From Thermoanaerobaculia bacterium (GTDB lineage Bacteria > Acidobacteriota > Thermoanaerobaculia > UBA5066), in NCBI GenBank assembly GCA_963719225.1, contig CAVRAY010000001.1, forward strand, positions 1,792,001 through 1,856,000: a stretch of DNA of 64,000 bases, written 5' to 3'. The notes beneath the pieces are model-generated. The model worked only from the letters and a program-made list of their open reading frames with translations. It was not told where the DNA came from and ran no database searches. Position numbers and translations under genes: made by a program. This document shows, in pieces, positions 18,255 to 27,958 of the stretch (its first letter is position 1; the number at the start of each line of letters is the position of its first letter).

Positions 18255-18492
18255 GGAGCGAGCCGCGGGTCCACGTGACCTGGCCCCGTGTGCCGAGGTT
18301 CAGAGGCCGCTTCAGCCGCGCGAGCGCGCGCTCGCGAGCCGCGGCATAAGCGTCCTCACGCTCGACGATCTCTTCCAGCATTCCGGCGAGAAGGGCCGAG
18401 ACGGAGGTCTGCCGCTCGACCGCGAGGATCTTCACCTTCCTGAGAACGGGCTTCGGAAGCGCGAGCGTGATGTTCTGGATGGGCTCTTTCAC
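18244..18492 (-). CDS. RHH-type antitoxin
   Basis: QNITLALPK.VL.KVK..A....SVSALL; C-terminal WTR.SLHER; overlaps the PIN gene. Confidence 0.82.
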   Translation of the reverse strand: MKEPIQNITLALPKPVLRKVKILAVERQTSVSALLAGMLEEIVEREDAYAAARERALARLKRPLNLGTRGQVTWTRGSLHER

Positions 18493-18513
18493 GCGAAAGA
18501 GTGTACCACGCGT

Positions 18514-19197
18514 TTACGTGACTTTCGGTCCTTGCTCGGCCTGGCCCATGTGGTGCTTGATCATCTCGCCCTCGGCGATGTAGATGGCCTCCTCGCCGAT
18601 GTTCGTGGCGAGGTCGCCGACGCGCTCGAGGTTCTTCGAGACGCTCATGATCTCGATCGAGGCGCTGATGAGCGCCGGGTTCTCGGCCATGTAGGTCAGG
18701 AGCTCGCGGATGATGGACTTGTTCTTCTCGTCGAGGATGTCGTCGCGCTTGCAGACGTCGAGGGCGAGCGCGCTGTCTTTCCGGATGAACGCGTCCAGCG
18801 ACTCCTTCAGCATGCCCCGCGCGATCTCGGCCATGTGGGGGATGTCGATCCACGGCTTGAACGGGCGGAAGCGGGAGAGGCGCTCGGCGCTCTCGGCGAT
18901 GTTCACGGCGTGGTCGCCGATCCGCTCGAGGTCAGCGTTGATCTTGAGGGCCGACACGAGGAGGCGCAGGTCCCCCGCGACCGGCTGCTGCGTGGCGAGG
19001 AGGTCGATGGCGTCCTCGTCGTTCCTGATCTCCATCTGGTCGATCACCTTGTCGCGCTCGATGACCTTCCGCGCCTTCGCGGCGTCGGCCTCCACGAGCG
19101 CCTCGACCGCCAGGCGGATCTGGTTCTCGACCTCGGCGCCCATGCCGATGAGCTGCCGGCGCAGGCTCTCGAGCTTCTCGGAAAAATGTTCTTTCAT
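18514..19197 (-). CDS. phoU: Phosphate signalling protein PhoU
   Basis: QQPVAGDLR, DLERIGDHA.NIAE, LERVGD.ATNI. Confidence 0.96.
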   Translation of the reverse strand: MKEHFSEKLESLRRQLIGMGAEVENQIRLAVEALVEADAAKARKVIERDKVIDQMEIRNDEDAIDLLATQQPVAGDLRLLVSALKINADLERIGDHAVNIAESAERLSRFRPFKPWIDIPHMAEIARGMLKESLDAFIRKDSALALDVCKRDDILDEKNKSIIRELLTYMAENPALISASIEIMSVSKNLERVGDLATNIGEEAIYIAEGEMIKHHMGQAEQGPKVT

Positions 19198-21023
19198 GAG
19201 GTCTCCTTGGTGCGTTCCAGGGCGACGTCGCGCGGCACCGCCGCCGGCAGCGTGACGGTGAAGCGGCTGCCCTTGCCCGATTCGGACTCCACGCGGATCG
19301 TGCCGCCGTGGAGGATGAGGAGGTGCTTGACGATCGCGAGCCCGAGGCCCGTGCCCGGGACGGACTTCGCGCGGGACGGATCCACGCGGTAGAAGCGCTG
19401 GAAAATGCGGTCCTGCTCGGTGCGCGGGATGCCGATGCCGCGATCCACGACGTGGACGACGACGAAAGACGTGTGCCCGGGGCCGATCGGTATTCCACCC
19501 TCGGCGAGGACGTCGACGCGCTGGCCGGCGGAAGAGAATTTGACGGCGTTGTCCACGAGGTTGCGGAAGACCTGCGAGAGCCGGCGGCGGTCGCCGACGA
19601 TCTCGAGATCCTCGCTCGCCTCGACGGCGACAGACACGCCGCGCGCGTCCGCGGCCGGGGCGAGGTCGCGCACGACGGAGCTGAGGAGCGGCTGCAGGGG
19701 AATGCGCTCGAGCGCCAGCGTCACGGCACCGGACTCGATCTGCGAGAGGTCCGTGAGGTCCGAGACGAGCGCCTCCATCTCCGACGACTGCCGCTCGAGG
19801 ATGCTCATGAGCCGCGCGAGGTCGGGCGGGAGGTCGCTCTCGCCGGCGAGCGTCTCGACGGCTGCGCGGATCGCCGCGATCGGGGTCCGGAGCTCGTGGG
19901 AGACGTCCGAGACGAAGCGCCGCCTCATCGACTCCGTGCGGTCGCGCTCGGTCACGTCCCGGACGACGCCGACGGCGGCGGGCTCGCCGGCCGCCTTGCC
20001 GTGGGGGACGGCGCGGACGTTCACCTCGAGGACCTGCTCGGGCGAGGTCTCCCCGCCGAGGCGGAGGACGGCCGTCTCCTCGGACGAAGACTCGCCCCGG
20101 ATCCCGGCCGCGAAGAGCCGGAGCGTCTCCGGGTCGCGCACGAGATCCACGAGCGCGTGCCGCGGAGCGCCGGCGGGCGCGCGGAGGAGGGCCAGGGCGG
20201 CCGGGTTCGCGTCGAGGAGCGCGAGAGTCCGGTCCACGACGACGAGCCCGACCGGGACCTGCTCGAAGACGGTGCGCGCGAGAAGACGCGCCCTCTCGCT
20301 GCCCTCGCGTTCCGCTGAGACGAGACGGGCGAAGCGCGCGAGCGCGAGGAAGACCTCCTGCGTCTCCTCAGATCCGCCCGCGGGCGGCACGGGGTGGCGG
20401 CCAGCCGCGGCGTCGGCGACGCCTGCGCGCACGCGCTCGAGGTCGTTCGCGTGGCGCTGGCGGATGACGATGACGAACAGCCCGACGAGGAGCCCCGCCG
20501 CGAGCGACACCTGATAGAGCGTGTCCCGGAACGGCGTCTCGAGGAGGTCGAGCTCGTTCTGGCTGACCGCGAGCCGCAGATAGCCGTACGGGGCCGCCTC
20601 CGGTCCCACCCGGCGCGCGACGTAGACGAAGGGCTCGAGAACCGTGGCGGACGTTCTCGCGCCGAAGCCGATCCCGTCTCGCCGCGCTGCGAGAACCTCC
20701 GGGCGCGAGGCGTGATTTTCGAGGCGCTCGAGGCGCTCGGGCGGGACCTCGCTGTCGCCGAGCACCGCCCCGTCGGCGGCGATGAGCGTCACGCGCGCAC
20801 CGGCCTGGCGGGCCGCCTGCAGGACCCGGTCGACGGGGTGAGACTGGGTCCTGAGGTCCCCCTCGAATTCGGGCGAAAGACGCTCGAGCTTCTCGACGAG
20901 CTCGCGCCGGCTGTTCCCTTTCACGACGGAGTCCAGAACGCGCGAGAGGGCGAATGCGAAGACGCCTCCGAGGACGACTCCGAGGAGGACCGGCACGAGC
21001 GAGCGGCGCAGGATCCGGCTCAT
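19194..21023 (-). CDS. phoR: Phosphate sensor histidine kinase
   Basis: NHASRPEV sensor, PAS, VSHELRTP, NLVDNAVKF, RFYRVDPSR...GTGLGLAIVKH; start ATG 21023. Confidence 0.9.
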   Translation of the reverse strand: MSRILRRSLVPVLLGVVLGGVFAFALSRVLDSVVKGNSRRELVEKLERLSPEFEGDLRTQSHPVDRVLQAARQAGARVTLIAADGAVLGDSEVPPERLERLENHASRPEVLAARRDGIGFGARTSATVLEPFVYVARRVGPEAAPYGYLRLAVSQNELDLLETPFRDTLYQVSLAAGLLVGLFVIVIRQRHANDLERVRAGVADAAAGRHPVPPAGGSEETQEVFLALARFARLVSAEREGSERARLLARTVFEQVPVGLVVVDRTLALLDANPAALALLRAPAGAPRHALVDLVRDPETLRLFAAGIRGESSSEETAVLRLGGETSPEQVLEVNVRAVPHGKAAGEPAAVGVVRDVTERDRTESMRRRFVSDVSHELRTPIAAIRAAVETLAGESDLPPDLARLMSILERQSSEMEALVSDLTDLSQIESGAVTLALERIPLQPLLSSVVRDLAPAADARGVSVAVEASEDLEIVGDRRRLSQVFRNLVDNAVKFSSAGQRVDVLAEGGIPIGPGHTSFVVVHVVDRGIGIPRTEQDRIFQRFYRVDPSRAKSVPGTGLGLAIVKHLLILHGGTIRVESESGKGSRFTVTLPAAVPRDVALERTKETS

Positions 21024-21733
21024 CGCGCGAACTTGTATCCCACGCCGACGACGGTCTCGATCACGCCGTCGCCGATCTTCTTGCGGAGCGAACGAATGTG
21101 GACGTCCACGGTGCGCGTCTCGATCTCGGCGGCGTAGTCCCAGAGCCGGTTCAGGATCGTCTCGCGCGACACGACGCGTCCTCCGCTCCGGATCAGGAGC
21201 CAGAGGAGGTCGAACTCCTTCTTCGTGAGATGGACGGCGTTCCCTTCGCTCTCCACGGTGTGGCGCGCCCGGTCGATGCGGAGATGGCCGTCGTCGTAGA
21301 CGTCGTCCGGCGACTGAGGAGCCGCGGCGCGGCGGAGGTGCGCCGCGATGCGGGCGAGAAGCTCCTTCATCGAAAAAGGCTTCGTGACGTAGTCGTCCGC
21401 GCCCAGCTCGAAGCCGAGCAGCTTGTCGCGCTCTTCCACGCGCGCCGTGAGCATGATGATCGGGACCCGGCGCGTCTCCTCGTGCTTCTTCAGCTCGCGG
21501 CAGATCGTGAGGCCGTCCACGTCGGGCAGGTTCAGGTCCAGGACGATCAGGTCCGGAGGGCGCACGAGAAGCTCGTCGAGGGCCACGAGGCCGCCGGCGA
21601 AACGCTCGATCTCGTACCGGCCGTCCTTCTTGAGGTTGTAGACGAGCGTGAACGCGAGGTCCTCGTCGTCCTCCACGATGGCGATCCGAGGCCGCGAGGA
21701 CGGGGCACCCGCAGGCGCCGTCTCTCCCCTCAT
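21020..21733 (-). CDS. phoB: OmpR/PhoB-family response regulator
   Basis: [37 protein letters not shown]; inside the pst operon. Confidence 0.9.
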   Translation of the reverse strand: MRGETAPAGAPSSRPRIAIVEDDEDLAFTLVYNLKKDGRYEIERFAGGLVALDELLVRPPDLIVLDLNLPDVDGLTICRELKKHEETRRVPIIMLTARVEERDKLLGFELGADDYVTKPFSMKELLARIAAHLRRAAAPQSPDDVYDDGHLRIDRARHTVESEGNAVHLTKKEFDLLWLLIRSGGRVVSRETILNRLWDYAAEIETRTVDVHIRSLRKKIGDGVIETVVGVGYKFAR

Positions 21734-22578
21734 CCAAATCTCCCCGTTATGTAGTCTTCAGTAGTCTTTTGCCGGGGCTTCGTGAAGATGATCTCGGTCT
21801 TGTCGAACTCGATGAGCTTGCCGAGCATGAAGAAGCCCGTCTCTTCCGATACGCGCGCGGCCTGCTGCATGTTGTGCGTCACGACGACGATGGTATAGCG
21901 CTCCTTGAGCTCGAAGATGAGCTCCTCGACTTTGCTCGTCGCGATCGGATCGAGCGCCGAGCAGGGCTCGTCCATCAGGAGGATCTCCGGCTCGACCGCG
22001 AGAGCGCGCGCGATGCAGAGGCGCTGCTGCTGGCCGCCGGAGAGGCCGAGGGCCGACGTCTTGAGGCGGTCCTTGACCTCGTCCCACAGGGCCGCGCGCA
22101 CGAGCGCCGACTCGACGCGCTCCGTGAGCTCCGAGCCGCTGAGGGCGCTGTTGATCCTCAGTCCGTAAGCCACGTTGTCGTAGATCGACTTCGGGAACGG
22201 ATTCGACTTCTGGAAGACCATGCCGACGCGCCGACGGAGGTCGACGATGTCGATGTCGGACCCGTAGATCTCGCGCCCGTCGAGAAGGACGTTCCCCTCG
22301 ACCCGCGTGTCGGGGATGATGTCGTTCATCCGGTTCAGGCACCTCAGGAACGTCGACTTGCCGCAGCCGGAGGGCCCGATGAATGCGGTCACCGACTTCT
22401 CGCGGATGGAGATCGAGATGTCGTGAAGCGCCTGGTTCGGCCCGTAGAAAAAGTCGAGATGTCGCGCCTCCATCCGGACGGGAAAGGAGGCGCTCTCTGC
22501 CGTCGCCGGGCGGGCGACGGCGGGAGCCGGCTTCACGAGGGTGTCGGCAGCTCTGTCGGGCACAGCGGTCTCCATCAT
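21730..22578 (-). CDS. pstB: Phosphate ABC transporter ATPase
   Basis: [39 protein letters not shown]. Confidence 0.97.
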   Translation of the reverse strand: MMETAVPDRAADTLVKPAPAVARPATAESASFPVRMEARHLDFFYGPNQALHDISISIREKSVTAFIGPSGCGKSTFLRCLNRMNDIIPDTRVEGNVLLDGREIYGSDIDIVDLRRRVGMVFQKSNPFPKSIYDNVAYGLRINSALSGSELTERVESALVRAALWDEVKDRLKTSALGLSGGQQQRLCIARALAVEPEILLMDEPCSALDPIATSKVEELIFELKERYTIVVVTHNMQQAARVSEETGFFMLGKLIEFDKTEIIFTKPRQKTTEDYITGRFG

Positions 22579-23423
22579 GTGCGATGCATCCTCTCGAGGC
22601 GCTTCGTGACGACGCGGGCGAGGACCGAGAACAGGAAGACGACCGAAACGAGGACGAGCGCGCCGGCCCACGCCTGCCGGTGCCAGTCTTCGTAGGGCGA
22701 GATCGCGTACGTGTAGATCTGCACGGTCAGGGACGCGATCGGCTGCGAGAGCGTCGTCGACCAGAATCGGTTCGAGAAAGACGTGAAGAGAAGGGGCGCC
22801 GTCTCTCCCGAGATGCGCGCGAGCGAGACGAGGATCCCGGTCATGATGCCCGGGAGCGCCGCCGGGAGCATGACCGTGAAGGCGGCGCGCGAGCGGGTAG
22901 CCCCGAGAGCGAGGGCGCCTTCGCGGAGCGTCGGGGGGACGAGGTTGAGAAGCTCCTCGGTCGTCCGCGTGATGATCGGGATCATCATGAAGCCGAGCGC
23001 GATGCCGCCGGCCAGGGCGCTGAAGTGCTTGACGGGCAGGACGACGAGCGCGTACGCGAAGATCCCGATCACGATGGACGGGATCCCGTTCAGGACGTCC
23101 GCGGTGAACCGGACCGCCGTCGCGAGCCGGGATTTCGGGTATTCGGAGAGGTAGATTCCGGACACGAGGCCGACGGGAATCGCGAGGAGCGAGGCGAGGC
23201 CGATCAAGGTGAGCGTGCCGACGATCGCGTTCGCCATGCCGCCGCCCAGCTCGCCGACGGGCTTCGGCATCTTCGTGAAGAAGTCCCAGCTGAGGGACGA
23301 GAAGCCCTGCTTCAGGACGTAGAAGAAGACGAGGAAGAGTGGAACGAGCGCGAGCGCGACGGACGCGGCACAGAGCCCGACGACGGCGTTCGAGAGGAGC
23401 TTGCGCCGGGAATTGCGGCTCAA
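22575..23423 (-). CDS. pstA: Phosphate ABC transporter permease
   Basis: [26 protein letters not shown]. Confidence 0.95.
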   Translation of the reverse strand: MSRNSRRKLLSNAVVGLCAASVALALVPLFLVFFYVLKQGFSSLSWDFFTKMPKPVGELGGGMANAIVGTLTLIGLASLLAIPVGLVSGIYLSEYPKSRLATAVRFTADVLNGIPSIVIGIFAYALVVLPVKHFSALAGGIALGFMMIPIITRTTEELLNLVPPTLREGALALGATRSRAAFTVMLPAALPGIMTGILVSLARISGETAPLLFTSFSNRFWSTTLSQPIASLTVQIYTYAISPYEDWHRQAWAGALVLVSVVFLFSVLARVVTKRLERMHRT

Positions 23424-24388
23424 GCGGCTTCACCAACCGGCAGCGCCGCCGCCTTCGGCGCCTCCACCCTGACCTCGCGGTTGACGCTCCAGATCAGGAA
23501 GCGTGACGCGGCGTTGATGAGGAGCGTGATCGCGAAGAGCACGAGCCCGATCTCGACGAGGGCGGACAGGTAGAGGTCGTCCGCGGCTTCCGTGAACTCG
23601 TTCGCGATGACGGCGGCCATCGTGTACTGCGGCGCGAAGAGCGACCAGATGACCTTCGGGCTGTTGCCGATCACCATCGTGACGGCCATCGTCTCCCCGA
23701 TCGCGCGGCCGAGGCCGAGGATGACGGCCCCGGCGACGCCGGTCCGCCCGTATCGCAAGGCGACCTGGATCGCCTCCCAGCGCGTCGCGCCGAGCGCATA
23801 AGCGGCCTCACGCTGCGTCGCGGGCACGGCCTTGAGGACCTCGCGCGCGACGGAGGACGTGAACGGAATGATCATGACCGCGAGGATCAGGGCGGCGGAG
23901 AGCATCCCGACGCCGAGCGGCGGGCCGGAGAAGAGCGGAAGGCTTCGGGCCCAGGCGGGGGTGAGAATCTCGAGCTTCCGCACGAGCGGAACGAGGACGA
24001 AGACACCCCAGAGGCCGTAGACGATGGAGGGAATGGCGGCGAGGAGCTCGGTCAGGAATGCGAGAGGAGTCCTCAGGAATCGCGGCGAGAGCTCCGAGAG
24101 GAAGATCGCGATCCCGAGCGCGACGGGCGTCGAGATCAGGAGAGCGAGAAAGGAGGAGTAGAGCGTGCCCCAGATGAACGGCAGAGCGCCGAAGTCTCCG
24201 GCGACGGGATCCCACGTCTTCGTCCTCCAGAAGTTGAATCCGAATTCCACGATCGAAAGACGCGACTCACGCCAGAGGACGAACGCGATCCCCGCGACGA
24301 GAAGCACGACGAGCGCCGCGAAGAAGCCGGTCCCGACGCGGAAACCGAGATCCTCGCCTTTCCGTCGCGGGTACGGGCTTTTCGGCAT
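23420..24388 (-). CDS. pstC: Phosphate ABC transporter permease
   Basis: [23 protein letters not shown]. Confidence 0.95.
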   Translation of the reverse strand: MPKSPYPRRKGEDLGFRVGTGFFAALVVLLVAGIAFVLWRESRLSIVEFGFNFWRTKTWDPVAGDFGALPFIWGTLYSSFLALLISTPVALGIAIFLSELSPRFLRTPLAFLTELLAAIPSIVYGLWGVFVLVPLVRKLEILTPAWARSLPLFSGPPLGVGMLSAALILAVMIIPFTSSVAREVLKAVPATQREAAYALGATRWEAIQVALRYGRTGVAGAVILGLGRAIGETMAVTMVIGNSPKVIWSLFAPQYTMAAVIANEFTEAADDLYLSALVEIGLVLFAITLLINAASRFLIWSVNREVRVEAPKAAALPVGEAA

Positions 24389-24412
24389 CGCGTGCTCCTC
24401 CGGATTCCGGAG

Positions 24413-25453
24413 CTAGAGTTTGATCTTCTTCAGGGCTTCCATTTCGAGGGCGACTACCTCCTTCGGAAGCGGGGCATAGCCGAGATCGGCGCAGTACTTC
24501 TGCCCTTCCGTCAGAGCCCAATGCATGAAGTCGACCATGATCTTCGCGAGCTTCTTGTCCTTCGGATTTTCGTAGAAGAGCAGCCAGGTGAAGGAGCTGA
24601 CGGGATACACGCCGGGCCCGGGCGCATTCGTGATCGAGACGCGAAAGTCCTTCGGCATGGCCTTGGCCGCGCCAGCTGCCGCCGCGGTCACGGAGTCGAG
24701 CGACGAACGGACGAATTCTCCGGCCATGTTCTGGACCGACCCGTACGAGATCTTGTTCTGGATCGCATAGATGAGCTCGACATAGCCGATCGCGCCCGGG
24801 GTCTGTTTCACGAGGCCGGCCACGCCCTCATTCCCTTTACCACCGACGCCGACAGGCCAGTTGACGGAGGTCGCGATGCCGACCTTCTTCTTCCACTCGG
24901 GAGAGATCTTCGAGAGGTAGTCCACCCAGATGTACGTCGTGCCCGAGCCGTCCGAGCGATGTGCGACGGCGATGTCCATGACGGGGAGGTTCACTCCGGG
25001 ATTCAGCTTCGTGATCGCGGGGTCGTTCCACTTCGTGATCTTGCCCAGAAAGATGTCGGCGAGGACCGGCCCCGTGAATTTCAGCTCCGCGCTGACCCCG
25101 GGGATGTTGTAGACGGGGACGTCGCCACCGAGGACGGTCGGGAAGTGGAGGATCGCGCGCGGAGCCCCGGCGAGCTGGTCGTTCGTCATCGGCCCGTCGG
25201 AAGCGCCGAAGAAGACCGTCTCGTTCGTGAGCTGGCGAATGCCGCCGCCCGAGCCGATCGACTGGTAGTTGATCTCGATGTCGGGATGGAGCTTGTGGTA
25301 TTCGTCGAACCATTTCGAATAGATGGGGTACGGGAACGTGGCTCCTGCGCCGTTGATCTGGACCTTCTGTGCCGCGGCCGGGCCGGCGGCAAAGAGGATT
25401 CCGAGGAGAGCGGGGAAAAGAGACCGGAGATTTCTTTTGAAAGTGGTATTCAT
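24413..25453 (-). CDS. pstS: Phosphate-binding protein
   Basis: GAGATFPYP, GSGGG, RSDGSGTT, GKGNEGV; alternative ATG at 25501. Confidence 0.96.
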   Translation of the reverse strand: MNTTFKRNLRSLFPALLGILFAAGPAAAQKVQINGAGATFPYPIYSKWFDEYHKLHPDIEINYQSIGSGGGIRQLTNETVFFGASDGPMTNDQLAGAPRAILHFPTVLGGDVPVYNIPGVSAELKFTGPVLADIFLGKITKWNDPAITKLNPGVNLPVMDIAVAHRSDGSGTTYIWVDYLSKISPEWKKKVGIATSVNWPVGVGGKGNEGVAGLVKQTPGAIGYVELIYAIQNKISYGSVQNMAGEFVRSSLDSVTAAAAGAAKAMPKDFRVSITNAPGPGVYPVSSFTWLLFYENPKDKKLAKIMVDFMHWALTEGQKYCADLGYAPLPKEVVALEMEALKKIKL

Positions 25454-25511
25454 GTTCGCTTTCGTCTCCTGAAGTCGGGCGCCTCGCGCCGGGCGCTTCA
25501 TGGCGCCACGA

Positions 25512-25539
25512 TGTGAGACGCGGATGAAGTTCGTGTGAA
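25512..25539 (-). promoter_or_regulatory. Pho-box-like triple direct repeat upstream of pstS
   Basis: Minus strand TTCACA-N5-TTCATC-N5-CTCACA, 11-bp period. Confidence 0.7.
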
Positions 25540-25608
25540 GACTTCCCGCAACTCTTTCTTTCTAAGAGATTTCTTTCTCTTCTTTCGTCGTTTGTCTTCG
25601 TCTTCTCT

Positions 25609-26721
25609 TCAGAAGTTGAAGAGCGTGTGAAGGGCGTAGAACTTGTTGTCGGCTTTCGCGGGCGCGAAGTTGTCGAACCTCTCCTGGGTGTAGTCCGCCA
25701 TGAGGGTGGAGACGATGCCGTGGCCGAAGTTGAACCAGTAGGCGATACCCACGATCGTGCGCTTCTGCTTCTGGTCGGTGTTCTGGTTCGGTTTGAGTTC
25801 GTCGTAGCGGATGAGGGCCTCGAGGCCGAAGGGCGTGCGTGGCGTCACCCAGACCGAGAAATCCTTCGGCTTGACCTCGGCCGAGCCGGGCGAAGCCTGG
25901 TTCGTGGCCTCGATGTACGTGAAGCCGAGGTTCACGTAGGGATGCTCGAACGTCGTGTCGACGATCCACCGGTTCTTCTTCTGGTCCTTCGCGACGTGGT
26001 CGGCGTTGTAATAGCCGGCGATTCTCCAGCCCTTCGCGACGGCGATGCCCGCGAGCGGACGCACCGAGGCGCGAACCTGGAAGCCCTTCTGGTCGTTCGC
26101 CTCGGCCTTGCTGTAGCCCTCGCCGTTGTAGATGCCGACGTGGACGTCGCCGTAGTTGTTCGGGAAGTTGACGTGGCTCGAGATCCCGAGATCGGAAGAC
26201 GTGATGAAGCCGTCCTTGTCGACCATGATCGGGCTCTGGAACCGGTAGCGATAAATGCCTTCGGCGTAGTCGATGTACGGCGTCTGCTGGAGTCCGATGC
26301 GGGCCCAGGAGCCCTTCGGCAGCCAGTCGTCCATGTTGAACTGTGCGAAGGCGTACTTGACCCGAACGGCGTAGCTGCCGGATAGCGTGCCCGTCGCGTC
26401 GGTCACGCGCACGAGGTCCGTCGTGATGCGGTACGAGAGCAGGTGGTGGAGCTGGCCGGTGATGTTGAGGTACGCGCGCGAGACGTTGAACGCGTTCGGG
26501 TTGTAGTCGCTCCCGTCGGCGTTCTTGGCGGTGGGCGAGTCCGTGTACGTGTAGTCCGCGAAGAGCGTGAATCCGACCTTGAGCGCGGGCTTGTCGTCCG
26601 GTGGGACGTAGCCGGCGGCGGGGGTGACCTGGGCGCGGGCGATTGGCGAGAGGGCGGTCACGAAGGCTGCGATCGCGACCGCGAGGACGGCGCGACGGGC
26701 GCCGATCGTCGGTTTCGGCAT
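25609..26721 (-). CDS. Outer-membrane beta-barrel, putative phosphate-selective porin
   Basis: Signal peptide (ARA-Q), aromatic-rich beta strands, terminal Phe, AGGAGG SD; directly upstream of pstS. Confidence 0.8.
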   Translation of the reverse strand: MPKPTIGARRAVLAVAIAAFVTALSPIARAQVTPAAGYVPPDDKPALKVGFTLFADYTYTDSPTAKNADGSDYNPNAFNVSRAYLNITGQLHHLLSYRITTDLVRVTDATGTLSGSYAVRVKYAFAQFNMDDWLPKGSWARIGLQQTPYIDYAEGIYRYRFQSPIMVDKDGFITSSDLGISSHVNFPNNYGDVHVGIYNGEGYSKAEANDQKGFQVRASVRPLAGIAVAKGWRIAGYYNADHVAKDQKKNRWIVDTTFEHPYVNLGFTYIEATNQASPGSAEVKPKDFSVWVTPRTPFGLEALIRYDELKPNQNTDQKQKRTIVGIAYWFNFGHGIVSTLMADYTQERFDNFAPAKADNKFYALHTLFNF

Positions 26722-26774
26722 AGAGAGTCCTCCTTCTTTCTCGGTCGGACTCTCCCGGAGCGCGATCAACGCAT

Positions 26775-26791
26775 TGCGAAGGTCAGGTAAA
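26775..26791 (-). promoter_or_regulatory. Pho-box-like repeat upstream of the porin
   Basis: Minus strand TTTACC-tgacc-TTCGCA. Confidence 0.5.
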
Positions 26792-26841
26792 TCTTGCGTG
26801 TAGAGGGTGGACGCCGGCACGACACGTCACCGGCGCGTCCT

Positions 26842-26858
26842 TTTACACGGCCTTAACG
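26842..26858 (+). promoter_or_regulatory. Pho-box-like repeat facing a non-coding region
   Basis: TTTACA-cggcc-TTAACG, nearly identical to the box at 31295-31311. Confidence 0.6.
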
Positions 26859-26877
26859 GAATCCTGTCTCGACGCTC

Positions 26878-26964
26878 AAGAAGGAGGGATATCAAGAGAC
26901 ACGCACCGGCGCGCCCCGCGCGCGCCTTCCTCCTCAGCCCCCGGGGATCCGGGGGCTCTTTTTT
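26878..26964 (+). ncRNA. Candidate Pho-regulated small RNA
   Basis: Lies between a plus-strand Pho-like box and a plus-strand intrinsic terminator, with no credible plus-strand CDS; 5' end approximate. Confidence 0.45.
26936..26964 (+). terminator. Rho-independent terminator
   Basis: AGCCCCCGG-GGAT-CCGGGGGCT followed by CTTTTTT. Confidence 0.8.
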
Positions 26965-26972
26965 GGCGGATT

Positions 26973-27200
26973 CTATGAGCGGACTGGCTCGAGCTCCGGG
27001 GAGCTCTTCCTGCGGAAGTGCTCGACCTTGCGCTTCTGCTGGCGGGCCAGGAGCTCGGGATCCCGCTCGGGGATCTTGACTTCCTGTTCGTGTTCGCAGG
27101 CTGTGCAAATGCGCATGACCGTATCGGGAGGCGGCTTCAGGAGACTCACGACCATCTGGTTGGAAGCTCTGCATGCCTCGCAGGTCCAGAGATGAAGCAT
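26973..27200 (-). CDS. Small Zn-ribbon protein (75 aa)
   Basis: CEAC...CTAC; GGAGGT SD upstream. Confidence 0.7.
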   Translation of the reverse strand: MLHLWTCEACRASNQMVVSLLKPPPDTVMRICTACEHEQEVKIPERDPELLARQQKRKVEHFRRKSSPELEPVRS

Positions 27201-27237
27201 CGGTTTTCGACCTCCGCGCGGGCGTTTATCACACGTG

Positions 27238-27265
27238 CGTGCAGGTCACGTGAAGGCCCGGTGCA
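27238..27265 (-). promoter_or_regulatory. Pho-box-like triple repeat upstream of the Zn-ribbon gene
   Basis: Minus strand TGCACC-gggcc-TTCACG-tgacc-TGCACG. Confidence 0.5.
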
Positions 27266-27396
27266 CAGCAAGATCGGAACCAGGGGAGGGCGATGAGGCG
27301 AGAGAGAGGGCGGCCAAAATCGCCTTCATGGCAACTCAGAACCCGAAGGATCGGTCCGCTGCCTCTGCTTTTCGTGTCGTGCGCCTCGGCGAGGAT

Positions 27397-27909
27397 TCAG
27401 TGCGTGCGTCCGCGCGTGTCGAGGCGCTCGCTCAACGCGAAGCCGGTCTCCGAGTCCCTTCCGAAGACATCGACGTAGGCCACGGACGGGAAAAGACCTT
27501 TCGTCGCCGAGACGAAGACGCGTGAGAGGACGGCGTTTCGGCCGTCGATCTCGGTGAGGACCTCGGCGCAGCCCTCGCGTTCGCGCAGGAGAAGCGAGCG
27601 GTTGGGAAATGCGCGCATCTTGAGTGAGAACGCACCGGGCGAGGGTCCTTGCACGGCTTCGACCCCGTAAGCGCGGATCCTCTCGAAGAAGTTCAGCCCG
27701 AGCTCGCGGCCGTCCTCGGCCTTCATGAGCCAGAAGACCCGCACCGGTTTCTTCGGATCGAGCTGGCCGTCGGCGGCGTGCACCGCCTCGTACACGACGA
27801 CGTTCGCGTTCACATTCCTCTCGACGGTGAAGAGCGGCCCGCACGCTTCGTCCGCAGACAAGGCCGGCACGACGGCGATCAGGAGAAGCGCGCCAATCGA
27901 CTTCTTCAC
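27397..27909 (-). CDS. Exported protein, DUF4833-like
   Basis: Signal peptide; LF.VERN.NAN.VVY, LDPK.PV.VFW, L...ER..AYG. Confidence 0.75.
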   Translation of the reverse strand: MKKSIGALLLIAVVPALSADEACGPLFTVERNVNANVVVYEAVHAADGQLDPKKPVRVFWLMKAEDGRELGLNFFERIRAYGVEAVQGPSPGAFSLKMRAFPNRSLLLREREGCAEVLTEIDGRNAVLSRVFVSATKGLFPSVAYVDVFGRDSETGFALSERLDTRGRTH

Positions 27910-27958
27910 GGGATCCCCATCGGGCCGGGATGGTACCTGCTCTTCGTATGATCGAGGC

